DNA of 64,000 nucleotides from Paraspadella gotoi (lineage: Eukaryota; Animalia; Chaetognatha), in assembly GCA_051294375.1 (NCBI GenBank), contig CM119263.1, positions 3,311,232-3,375,231 on the forward strand. Reading direction: 5' to 3'. Below are positions 1 to 13,400 of the stretch, one piece after another. A program made the position numbers and the translations under genes. The notes under the pieces were generated by a model. The model saw only the letters and a program-made list of their open reading frames with translations, ran no database searches and was not told where the DNA came from. The first letter of the stretch is position 1. Every line of letters starts with the position of its first letter.

Positions 1-45
1 CTCGACGATTTTAACAAACAATCAAAATAAGAAAGTGCCCGACAG

Positions 46-193
46 GGGGGGACTCAGCCCTACGGCGCCATGTCCCTGCCAGCCGATCTCGACCTGCTAT
101 TGCAGGATCTGCACGACTGGACTTTGCCCTACGATTCCAAATCAGTCGCTTTGGCTCCCGTCAGCTTCAAAGCGGCCGAGGAAGTCAATCTCA

Positions 194-275
<82 letters not shown>

Positions 276-802
276 AAATGACTAATGTTTAGAATATAAA
301 TTTGTTAATAATCAACCAAAACAAGTATGTTGCAAGATAAATAACTGACGCTTTAAAAACCGAGGGATGACGAGTTTCATATGATTTATCTTTCCACCGA
401 AGAATAAACTTTGTTTTTGAAATGTATATATAATACCAAATCAGAGGAATAGTTACTAGTTTTACATTTATCCCTTTATATTTATTCAATCTTGTCAATA
501 TCATTGTCATCATTGTCATTAATATTATCATTCATTATTCATTTAACGTCCTCTGTCAAAGCAGCGCCGCTCAGACGCCAAAGATGGCGCGTCGACACCT
601 CTTCTCTTCTATTCTCTTTTCAGTTTCGCCGCCGCAGAATTTTTTTTTAAGAGGAAAAAGAAAAGATGGAAAGATGGAATGAAATCGAAACCAGAGCGGC
701 GCTGTTTCGCTCTTTCGCTGTTTCGCCGCACGAAACCAAAAACAACAACGAAATACAAAAAACTTTTTATTTACATTTTTTCCTCGATTTCGTTTTTCAG
801 GG

Positions 803-901
<99 letters not shown>

Positions 902-3663
902 CTAGGGTGGAATATTTGCGGTCGTCGTGACGATTTCGCAACAAAGTTCCGACTTTAAAAAAGTTTTGGGGAAAAACTGTCCCAAATAATTCATTCATTT
1001 TTTCTAATTAATTTTTACAGAAATGTTTCAAAATTGACTGCGATGGAAAGAAAGAGTTTTTCTCGATACGGCGCGGAGAATTTTAAAAATCACAGGTTTG
1101 TTATTGAGAATTTTGGTAGGTAACTTACCGTATTGTATAATAGATATAGATCATGGGTTCATGGCTAATAGTCGAAGTGATTCCTTATTCTTCTTTTTAG
1201 TAGGCACAACTATGTTTGTTCATAGTACAATAACTAAACTTCACCTTAAAAAATAAATAAACTCGTATAATTTTCTTGTAATTGTGATTTACAAGCATTG
1301 AGACTTTTAGACAAACAACAAGTATAAAATTTATTAATTTCTCCACTTTCATTGACTATATAATGTTTATTAGGTTGTCATCTTTTTAAACCTTTTCATC
1401 CTTAATTCCTTTCTGACTTTGTCATTCTCACTTTGTCATCATTTCCGCCTTCAGCTTCGGCCGCATGCACGACCCAATCGAGTGGCCTTTTCTCGCCAAA
1501 ACTAACGAAGATGATTTCGAATTCGCAAAGGAAAACTTTCGTCTTCTGCTCAGACTCACCACGCCCAAATCGTTAGTAAAGGGGACTCGTTAATGCTGCT
1601 CAAATTGTTAGTCAAGGGGACTCGTTAATGCTGCCCAAATTGTTAGTAAAGGTGACTCGTTAATGAGGGCCAAATCGTTAGTAAGAGATACTGGTTAATG
1701 AGGGCCAAATCGTTAGTAAAGGGGACTTGTTAATTTGGCCCAAATCGTTAGTCAAGGGGACTCGATAATGCTGCCCAAATTGTTAGTAAAGGTGATTCGT
1801 TAATAAGGGATGCTGGTTAATGAGGGCCAAATCGTTAGTAAAGGGGACTCGTTAATTCGGCCCAAATCGTTAGTAACGGGTTATGGTTGTCTTAATCTTT
1901 AGCACCGCCACTGGAAATATAATTGCGGCCAATCTTAAGTTGTTCACTGATCAGTAAATGCATATTGCATAGTCTTATCTTTTGGCATTACCCTTTGGCC
2001 TCACCATTTAGCCTCACCTTTTAGTCTTTTCATTGGGCCTCACCTTTTGGCCTTACCTCCTCCTCAGCGACGCCCGTGAGGGTCTTGGCGAAGACGACGT
2101 ATTTCTGTTTCATTCTCCGTCGCGGAATCCGAGACCAGAAATGAGGGACGAAGATTTTTGGTGAGATCTGCAATCAGGTTGGCCGGAAAAAGGGTGAGTA
2201 GGGGATCGGGTCGTGGGGTGGAAGGGTGGTTAATAAAGTTTTTTGGGTGGAATGGGTTAAGCTGGGTAGGACTTTCAAAAGATTGTCTGGTGATTTTGTG
2301 NNNNNNNNNNNNNNNNNNNNNNNNNNNNNNNNNNNNNNNNNNNNNNNNNNNNNNNNNNNNNNNNNNNNNNNNNNNNNNNNNNNNNNNNNNNNNNNNNNNN
2401 NNNNNNNNNNNNNNNNNNNNNNNNNNNNNNNNNNNNNNNNNNNNNNNNNNNNNNNNNNNNNNNNNNNNNNNNNNNNNNNNNNNNNNNNNNNNNNNNNNNN
2501 NNNNNNNNNNNNNNNNNNNNNNNNNNNNNNNNNNNNNNNNNNNNNNNNNNNNNNNNNNNNNNNNNNNNNNNNNNNNNNNNNNNNNNNNNNNNNNNNNNNN
2601 NNNNNNNNNNNNNNNNNNNNNNNNNNNNNNNNNNNNNNNNNNNNNNNNNNNNNNNNNNNTCTCTCTTTCTCTCCTACAACCACTTTCGAACAACCTTGAA
2701 CACGAATTTTTAAATATCATTTGCATATTGCAGTAATTACATTAGTTCATATAAAAGTCCTTAAAGACTCGAAATTATAATTATTAATAAAAAAGTCCCG
2801 TTTAAATAATACAAAAGTCTTTATTCGATTCATGATATTTGTCATTTAATTAATTATAACAACCATGAAATCATCACAATGTAATTTAAACCCTAAATTT
2901 TCGCGATCGATCCCTGTCGAGCATGCAAAGCGCCAGGGTATAAATAAATATCAATGACTTCCTTAAAGTGCCCGGATGAGCTTCACTGGTGTGGGGTGCA
3001 GGCTTCAAACCTGTAGTCGTGGGAACACGAAGAGGTTCAATTCCTCCTTTCGGGCGATTTCCTTTGTTAATTTTTCAAAATTCGGTTTTTCATATTTCTG
3101 CTTTTATTCATATCTACAATAGTTTTCTTTTTTGCTTTTTTTATTTTTTGGTAATTTTAAAATCAATTCCACGTCCTTTAGTATATTAATATTGTTGATT
3201 TATAATTGAATTTTTAAAACGGTTTTGTTTTTACTCTCAGCTTGGCGGAGGATCGGCGACAGCAAGAGAAGCTCTGGCGATTGCTTGGTCTCTGCCTCTC
3301 CACTTTCCCTCCTTCAGAATCGCTTCTTCCTGTTCTTTACGGTTTCGTCTTTGATCACTCACCCAAGGTCAGTCAACAGTGAACAGTCACAACCCAAGGT
3401 GGGTGAATATCACTTTCCAAGATCAGTATAGAATAGGATCAAAAATGTCAGCGAGCTTCACGCCTCAAGGTCAGTGAAAGTTTCATGCTGAGATCTGTGA
3501 ACACAATATCACGTCTAATCATCTGTGAACATCCCGTCCTAAGGTCACCTAATATCTCTCCCCAAAGTCAGTGAAATTCACTTTCTTATGTCGTAAATCT
3601 GCTCTTCTCTCTCTCTCTGCTGTTCTCTCTCTGCTCTCGTCTCTCTCTCTCTCTTCTCGTCTC

Positions 3664-3704
<41 letters not shown>

Positions 3705-3711
3705 CTGCTCT

Positions 3712-3748
<37 letters not shown>

Positions 3749-6700
3749 CTCTCTCTCCTCTCTCTTCTCTCTCTCTTCCAGGCTTTGAGCGCCATCCTTC
3801 AACGAAAAACTCTGGTCGCACTTCTGTCCCGCGAAAGGAGCCTTCGACTGGCCGCCCACTTTGCTGAGCAACAGTCCCTTCGTCTTTCTCAACATGTTGC
3901 TCAACTTCAGCTTCTGCGACGAGGAATCCTGTGCGTTCTTGACGGACAAAATCTGACAAATGGACGGACGGACGATGGAAAGAGAGAACGATAGTATGAC
4001 TGATAGACAGACTGTCCGACTAAAGTGATTTAAGCGAAAAGAGGAACATTTTGACAAAAAAAAAACAAAAAAACAAACTTTAATTGTTTTGTGTATCATT
4101 TTGGTTCTCCATTTTAGTTAAAGTTTAAAACGAAATTTTTAGAATATTTTCATTAAGGGGACCTAGTGAGTAAAATGATATCATAGCTTAAGGGTCGTAT
4201 CATTAAAGGAATTTGAAATGGTAGAGTCATTAAATTTTTCTCTTCACGGAAAGTGGCAAAAAATTCCTATCATCTTATTGTGGGCAGAAACAAAAATTTA
4301 ATAATTATGAAAAAAAAATTTTAGTTGACCCTAGCCTAAATACTAATAATCCATTTATTTATATTTTTGCCATTAGAAAGTATTTTTTACTAACATTCCC
4401 AGATTTTTTATTTTTTACTGTACGAAAGCCTATAATTTTAGGTTTAAGCCTCATTGAACAAAGGCTTTACAAGAACTAATATTTTTTTTATTTTGTATAA
4501 TTTACTTAATAAGCAGACAAATCAACCTTAAATTCTTATTCTAAAATTACAGAAACAAAACTGTATAATTATTAATTAATATTCTATTTATCCCTAAATG
4601 ATATTATTTAAAACTATATTGATTTCCTATTATAATAATTAAAAATTTAGCAAAAGTACAAATCTTTCTCTTTTTTATATATTTTATATTACTTCAAAGA
4701 GTTTTTTATTTTCATCCAATTAACATGAATCATTTTGAAAAGAAAGTTTAAATAATCATCTTGATACTTAAAATTTTGTTCCGATTCCTAGTTTTTCTTT
4801 TCTTATTTAAATTTTTGTGATTAAAAGCTGAAAATCTTTTTAAAATTAGATCTTACCCTTTTTTTTGGAAAAATTTTAAACTTGAAAAACGATTTTCTTC
4901 TTATCGATCTTTTTAAGAGAATTTAAGCTCCGCTATTTTATTCGAATTTCTATAACCACAGTTTCCCAATGATTATAGGCAAGGAAAAATTAATGATCAA
5001 ACCAGCTTAAGTTAAAGGGCAAACGTTATGTTTTCAGCTTTTTTACCCCCCCTTTTTCACTTGGTTCCCTTTTAAGAGGGGCCGGGGGGGTGGAGGGAAG
5101 GCGGGGGACGGACAAAAAAAAAAAAAAGAAATAATAACTTAATCAAATCTTCGTCCAATTTGTAAATGTCTTTGAAAATCACTTAAACATTTCAAAATGT
5201 TTAACGATTAGAGAGAAAAAGGGGAGAGAGAGAAAGAGCCGTTTGAAGTTTAAAAACTATTAGAGGCTTGATGTACTAACTTTATACGATTCGAGCATAA
5301 ACATTACATACGCTTCATATATTAATATTATTTTAACATTGATTTAATCCATCCGGACTAACTGACTAACTAACTCTGTAATACACTTTTTACTCTGTTT
5401 TTCATTATTCACTCTTTTTGTTTTTGTTTTCGTTTATTTTGATTCTTTGGTTGTTTTTTTTCCTTAAGGCGTCACTGAAATCGATTCACACTCGAACGCG
5501 GAAAAAGTCGCGTCATCGCTTTTGACTGCGAGAGGAATTAAGTACAACAGGGGATGGACCGTCGGACTCACGTACAAGAGGTGATAAAATTGTTTAAAAA
5601 AATTTTAATCTCATTTGCATATTGCAGTAATAAGGAAATTAATATGTTTTCTTCTTACTTGACGGACAATTATGATTTCGCCATTAATCGAAGCAAATAG
5701 AAAAAAAGGATGACCTTATATAGCCTAATTGCTTAAAAATAAAATATCTTAAAGCTCTAGTTTTTCATGGTACTATTATAAGTTGAGCACTGTCTCGATT
5801 CATTTCTTTCCGTACTTCAATAGAGGAAGAAACAGAGGATTCTCCTAACTGCAATATGCAAATGAAAAAGCTCGCTTCTATCGAAGTCGAGCGTAACCGT
5901 CACGGTATTAATATATCATATGCGGTTACTACGCTTTATTATCGGGTTTATTAAACGTAAACCTTATTAAGAAAATAACTGTGAGTCTGTGACTTTACAG
6001 CCAAGCGAACGAAGATCAGAATTTCTGCTTGGAGATTCCTGGAAATGAAGTAATGCTCGATGTCATCGGAAGAATCGAAAATCCACCACAATTATTGGTC
6101 AGATATTTTATTAATTAATTAATAATTAAATTGCATTCAAAAGTTATAAACCTTGGAATAACATTTTTTTTAGGATCCGCTTCCATCGTCTTGGATTCTG
6201 TCGAACAAAAAATCAAATGCAGCTAGTAAGAAGTAAGTTTTAATTTAAAAAAAAACTATGAATTTCGAACTTCATATAGTCAAGTAAAAAAAATTGACAA
6301 TAAACTCCTAATTTTTCCCTCACAGAAACGAAATGACTGAAGCCAGCGTCGATGTCATGTCTACGATCGATCTCAATCAGAGATACACGAGCAAAAAACA
6401 AGTCGACGACATTCTGTCTCTTAACAGTCTTAACGCCAGGTGAAATCAGCTACGAACAGCGGCAACAGTGACCCTGCTGAATGGTGACCGCCATGAAAAA
6501 CCCATATCTATATCGAAGATGAACAACAGATCAAGCGAAGGGACTTTATTTAATATGTTCCCTGAATCAGGGAGTTGTACCGCGACATGGAGGAGGTCAA
6601 CCGGTCTGTGTTTAAGCGAATTAGCTAGCAAAAAAAAATAATGACAACAACAACAACTACGACAACAATGACAACTTCAAAAACAACAACTATAATAACA

Positions 6701-7412
6701 AAAACATTATACCGACAACACCAATAACATTAACAACAGCAATATCAACACTAACAACTCCCCCCCTGCCTTCAGGTATTCCAAGGCGGCGTCGATGGCG
6801 CCGTCTACCGAGTCTGCGACTGAAGACCGACTCGACCTCGTCGACGGCCTTCAGGATTACAGGACAGACGCCGAGGTGAGGTTTGGGTGAGGAAAAGGTG
6901 AGGTTTGGGTGAGAAAAGTAAGTCGCGTGTTAAAGATGTGATTTGGTTGACGGATTGATTTGCACCGGAGCTTTTTTTTCGAGTTGCTTGATTGATTGAT
7001 TGATTGAATAATTCAACTCAATTTACTGATTGATAGCTTTAATAATTACATTTCATTTTTTGATCGATCCAATGTTTTTATTTTATTTACTCATTGATTG
7101 ATTGACCGATTATATCCATTCATCTTCAGATCAGCCAACTCTTTCCCTTTTTGAAACCCAAAGAAGGAACGGCCACAGTCCGGACAATTAGACACGTAAT
7201 ACTTTTCTGTTCAGTCTGAGTTCTATAAATTAATGTTTATTTACGTAATGCTAAGCAACAGTTTTATTCAACTTTAATTTTTTTTTAAAATAGCCTTTTG
7301 TTTTGTCTTGATTCGACTTTTGTTTCGTCAGGTTCCGATTCCCTCCGAACGAGCGGACGTCAACGATTTCTTGGATCACATCTTCGATCGTGCGCTCTTG
7401 GGAGAAAACAAA

Positions 7413-7474
<62 letters not shown>

Positions 7475-10400
7475 AAGGAAAAGGGAAGGAGGAGAGAAAC
7501 AGAAGTGAGGGCAAAGGGGGAGGAGAGAAAACAAAAGTAAAGGCAGAAGGGACAATTGAGGCATAGTCGAATTAATAAATAGCGAATTAAGAATTTATTA
7601 ATTAATTAATTAAAATTTAAAATATTTCGATTTCACTCCACCAGCCGACGAAGCCGAGGAGGACACGACTGACGTTAAACGGTTGGCGTCGTCGACGAAG
7701 GGATTGAGGGACGAATTGAAAGGCGAATTGAAAGGCGAATTGAAAGGCGAATTGAAAGGGGAATTGAAAGGCGAATTGACTGGAACAAAAATTGACGCAA
7801 AGTTACTTGCGTCAACGGTGAAAGGAGGCGCGGAAGATGGCGCAAGTATGACGATTGATTGATTCAGTTATTGCGTGATTGACTTATTAATTGATTTATT
7901 TATTTGTAGAATTGTGTGAATTGAATCTTTAATAGATTGATTGATTGATCGATATCGTGAATGACTTTTTCTTGATTCTTTAAACTTATCCATATTTTGA
8001 TTTATTAATTGATCGACTATTGTCCAAATTGACTTTAAACTAGGTATTATATCACTGATGTATTTGATCTTTAAACGATTTAATTTATTGATTCTTTTCT
8101 CGATTCGATGGATTCCTTAAATTTTCTCCAGGAAACAATGAGACGGAGACGTTCTTCAACAAGCCCCACTCTCCAATCACTCCGTCGCATTACGCCACCC
8201 CGAATTCTCCTCGACACTCCGCGCATCCGCAGCGACAGTCGGAGCTGCGCCCCGACCTGCAACAGCCTTACGCTCGCTCCTTACCCCGCCCAACCCCGTC
8301 GCCGCTGCTCGACGGAGAAGCGACGCCGCGAGCCGTTTCGGCTTTGGGGCCTCCCAACGGCTCGTCCACGGATCCGGTGCCGCCCATGTATCAGGAGATC
8401 ATTCAGAAGGCATATTTGAGGTACGTTAAAAGTTTGCTCAGAATCTATTTTTCAGTTATTTTTCTATCCGATATTTTTTTTGGAAGGGAGCTTTTTGAAA
8501 AATCTTTAAAAGGGAGTGGATTTTTAAAATATTTCTGAGAAATTAAATAAATGCAACAGTGTGGCGGTATATTCACACCGCCTCACGAAAGCCATCCTTC
8601 GGCCAAATCCATTGGTTCAGAGGGGGAAGACACCATGCTATGCGTAGTAGGTTGGAGTGATGAAAAGATTTAGAGATGGAACAATATTTTTTTGCTGCCT
8701 TTGTATATGTAATAAAAAATAATTAAACCCTTTTTCAAAAAAAATTTGCATAACAGTATCATTAATTGAATTTTCTTTATAGTAATATCCTTAAAAATCA
8801 TAAAATTTCAAAATCATATTTTCTTAATTTTAAAAACAGTTTTGGATTCGCCGGAAAAAACTGAAAAACTTTTGTAAAATTTTACATGATATTTTTAGGT
8901 TAAAGCTGCGAAAAATGATTAAAAAGTTTCATCATATTAGTGTAAAAAAAGTAGAGAATTTGACCTTTTTTTTCCATTTTGACGCTGAAGACATTAAAAT
9001 TTTAATAACTTATTTTATATTTTTGATCTAACTTTTTGTGAAAAATCAGAATCTTTAACAAAAATTTAAAAAAAAAATTATTTTGAAAATTTATGATTTT
9101 ATAAGATATTACTATAAATATATTGTAATTAATGATACTGTTCCCCAAACAATATAAGCAAAATATTTTTTGTACTCCTTAATCATACTATCTCACGTCT
9201 AAATATACTTGTTTGATCACTCAAATAAAACTTATGTTTCCCAGTGCTCCACCTCATGCGTAGTGTTCCATCCACAGTCTTAACGACTTCCTTCTGCGTT
9301 GGCAAAGCGAGCCCATCCTAGGGTAACCGCGCCAGTGACTGCAGGCGTCACTGAAGGTCAGAAGCCCCCAAAGCCAACAGTGAGATTCCCCATCCCAATT
9401 GGCATCACAGGGCAACCCCGATGTTGCCATAACAGCAACATTTTCATATTGGTGCCCCAATACATTTTTTTTTGCTTGCAGTCACCTCGCCCAAGTGCTG
9501 CAACTTTCCGCATCTCAGCAATCAGAACACTCGGAAGCCATGCATCAGGTAAATTACTTTATTTTAACAAAGTCTCTTTTGCTTAAGTCGTTTCTTTTGA
9601 TTACCTTTTGCATGCAACCTTTGGGGGTAACCTTTGCGTGCAATTTTTGCGTGAAGCTTTCGCGTGTGAACGCCGTAAGACGATTACATTTTCAACGTAC
9701 GTAGCACGTTGGCTTCGTCGCCACTAATAATTAATTATGCTAAGGATATTTATGTTTTTGCACAAAAAAATTTTGACTGTTTTCATTTTGCCTTTTTAAG
9801 GAGGAAGAAGAACAGGTGTAATATATATTGTAATAATTACTGGTATACTAAAAAAGGCTTTTTGGGGTTTTTATGTACGTTTATTTACTTACAGTAAATT
9901 GGAATTGTATTACTACAATACAGATTTTTGTTTTTGTGACTGGTTTCTAACTTTCTACTACTACTGTTTAATTATTGTTATTGTCCTGTTCTGTTTTAAC
10001 TGTAAATAACTACTAAAATTTAATACTTTATGTTAAAATAACTATTTAGACGTGCACCATGTGGTCATTGGTAAAACTCCACTGATCATATTTCATTTTT
10101 CAAAATGATATTTCTTGCCCCCCCCCTTGCCTCCCCCCGCCGCAGCTGCAAAGAATCGCCTTTCAACGCGCGTTGGAGCAAGTTCTCTTTCAACAGCATC
10201 AAGCTGAAGCAGCGGCGCTAACTCCGCCCTTTCCGCAGCAGACGCCCCAGCGACTCTCGCCGCAAGCGACGCCGAAGCAACTTTCGCCTCGAGCGACGCC
10301 GAAACATGAAGACATGACTAATTTAACCAGACAGGGTAACTAAAGAGTGGGAGCATTTGTTAATAATAGTATTTTTTGACATTTTTATTTGATGATTTAA

Positions 10401-13400
10401 CAGAATCCGATTGTGAGTCTTCTGGCGACGCTGTTTCCACTAAAGTCGTATATCCCGCCGAATCCCTTCCTGTCAGCGGCACTAGTGAAGGTGATAACTC
10501 AGATATTATAACTAAAGTGTAAATATTAAATATTAAGTATTAAATAATAATTATTTTCTGTGGTTACTAATTTACAGTCCCTTCGCGAGAGGACGAGAGC
10601 GTCGCGCGCATTGTGACCCCTGAAACTACGCTCCCTAAAGCAACGCCTCCAAAGCTTACCCTTGAGGCCACGCTCCTCAGGACACGCCCCCTATGGCCAC
10701 GCCCCCTAAAGACACACCCACACGTCAATCGCTTCTTGATCAACCAATCAGGGGTGAGAATGTAAACTAGGAAATATTAAAAGGTCGATAGAAAAAAAAT
10801 ACTTGCGCGCTATTTAATATTTAAAAATCCCCTTTTAAGTTTTAAATTTTAATACACTTTTTACATCTTTGAATTACATTTATATATAACGGATCAGTAG
10901 AAGAAGGTAGGACATTGAGCAAACTTGACAATCAAGTTAAGTTTTAGTTTGGTTTTTAAAAATGTAAAAAAATATATAAAAATGTAGAAAATAACAAAAC
11001 AATTTTTACGAATAAAAAAAAAATGGTGAAAAATTAATAAAAAAAAAAGAGAAAAACGTAGAAAATTTAGAATTACATAGAATTAGAATAACCCTTTAAA
11101 AACAGCACACAAAAAACAAAGCAAAATAAACCAAAACAAGACAAATCAAACAAAACAAAAAAAAATATAAAAAAACTTCCCCTTTTCTTCTTTCTTAGTG
11201 ACAAACGAATCACGCGGTCCTTCTGATCGTCCTTCGGCCAACAGCAACTTCATTCCTCTCTCCATCGAGACCACAACGAGATCGATGCCACAAAGTCTCC
11301 CCGAGGCGCCGAAAAATATCACCCCGGTGCCGCAAATTATCACCCCAGCGCTGAAAAGTATCTCCCCGACTCCGAGAAGTATCACCCCAGCGCCACAAAT
11401 TATCACTCCGGCCCCGGAAAGCCTCACCCGAACCCCGTCATCAAAATCTCCGGCGCCGGAACCGGATGTCGTTTCCGCGGCGCAAATTGTTCCAGCGCCA
11501 ATTATTACGGCGCCCGTAGAAACAACGCCGGTCGAAACGACGCCGTCTCAACGCGCGCCGTCGCCGACTCTCTCGGCGGCTTCGTCCATGTCCATTCCTC
11601 TGCCGATAACCGCGTCGGCAACGCCGGATTTGGGTGAGGGTGTCGATGAAATGCGTTGAATTTTATTACATCCTCAAAATACATTTAAACCCATTACATC
11701 CTCCAGGAGAGCTTCTCCGCCGGACCTCCAAGCTTCGGTCGGGTTCGTTAGACGACGCTGGCGTCGACGACTCCAGCATCTACAGCCATAGGAGCGACTG
11801 GGTCGATGCCTCCGCTCCATCAAGCTTCGACACGGAGCTCCTGGCTCTGTCCAAACCGGACGATGAAAGTGAGACATCTTTTGTTTTCGTTTTCCGCGCG
11901 ACAGAGGACGCGCGGTTTTGATGAGGTTTATAGTTTGGACAAAAGGCCATGGTTAATTTTTAAAAGATTTATTTCGTGATGAAGAAAATTAGCGCTACTG
12001 CAGTTACCTTGAACCATAAGATCCCTACCAAGCAACTCACCTCAGTTCACTCGTTTTCTCGCTTCCAGACTCCAGGCCGTCTTCCCAAACGCCTCAACCC
12101 AACGGGGATCGCAAACCCGTTAAAGTCGCCAACATCCAGTGGCCGCCGCCGCCGTCCACGCCGCCGCCATCGCCGTGGAGCGAACCCGCGTCGGAAGCGT
12201 CCGTCGTTCGACGGGGGCGCGCCCTCCGCCGGCCGAGCGAGGAAACGACAGAGCTGGAGGAAATTCGGGCGTCGGCTCTGGACCGGCTGCGGCGAAATCT
12301 ACAGAGCGCCGCACCGCAGGAGCAGCAGCCGCCAACGGGGAGATTGGAGACGTCGGGAGTAGAAAGGTCAGGATTACTTTAAGATTTTTATTAGTTTGAG
12401 AGAAGAAATTTTTTGTAATTTGTTTACAAACAACGATTTTATTATACGTAGAAACAAATAACGGATATTTTTCGACTTCAATGTAAGCCTTGATCAGCGC
12501 AAAAAACTAATTGGTTTGTAAATCGCTTTGGCGATTTACTTACCCACTTAAATTGTACAATTTGTTATTTTTTTCATTTTTTTTTCTGGTGACTTAATTT
12601 TTTCATCTCTCCTATTAGGATTTGTCTCTTACTTTGAGTACTATGAGTATTTTTTAAATTAGTCTCATTAGTATTAGAAAGATTAATGCACTCTAGCGTC
12701 AAATTAAAAAAACTATTATCTGCTCTAAAATTGTAGCAACCAATACGACAGTCTCCTTCACAATCATCGATTTACAATAATTGTAAAACTCTCTTCCTCT
12801 TTAGAATCGGTGGTGACGAAACCAACTCAACTTTGGCAACGACGCCTCTGAATAGACGCTATTCGACTCACACTCCGTAAGTCTCATTTTATTAGACGAA
12901 ATTTTTTTTTTATGGGTGAACCGATGTGAGAAAACTTCATTTAATCAACAAGAACCGTAATTCCAATGCGTTGCGCCGCAGTGACTTTATTTTCACTTAT
13001 ATTTCCCTTTGATCACATGATACATGACATGACATGACATAACATGACTAAAAAACTTTTTTAGCCCATGTATTTATGACATGCACTGCATCAAAATTCC
13101 GTCTTTTATTCCTTATAGTTTTATGATTTCCTGAAGGCGGCGCTAGTAGTCTCTTAGATTTTATGTTTTTTATTTCTTAACAAATGAGCAACCAACTAAA
13201 GGCAAATTACATATATTTTTAAGTAAGTGGGACAGACAGACGGACCGACAGTTGCTTTGCGAGTACTCGCGGCGCAACTAAAAAATAAGCTATCTTTCCT
13301 CCTGATTTTGAACACGCTAAAGTCGGTAATAAGATATTATTATTATTCGATTAATATTTAATATAAATTCCTTTTTCAGCGAACCGGATCGAAAGACTCC

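Noticed and set aside
195-900. ORFs rich in ERERER/SLSLSL, poly-D or poly-V here and throughout the window
   Set aside because: These are translations of (GA)n, (CT)n and (GAC)n microsatellites or of N runs, not genes.
1563-1877. 35-bp repeat array as a CRISPR array
   Set aside because: Head-to-tail degenerate units without unique spacers, eukaryotic intron context, no cas genes.
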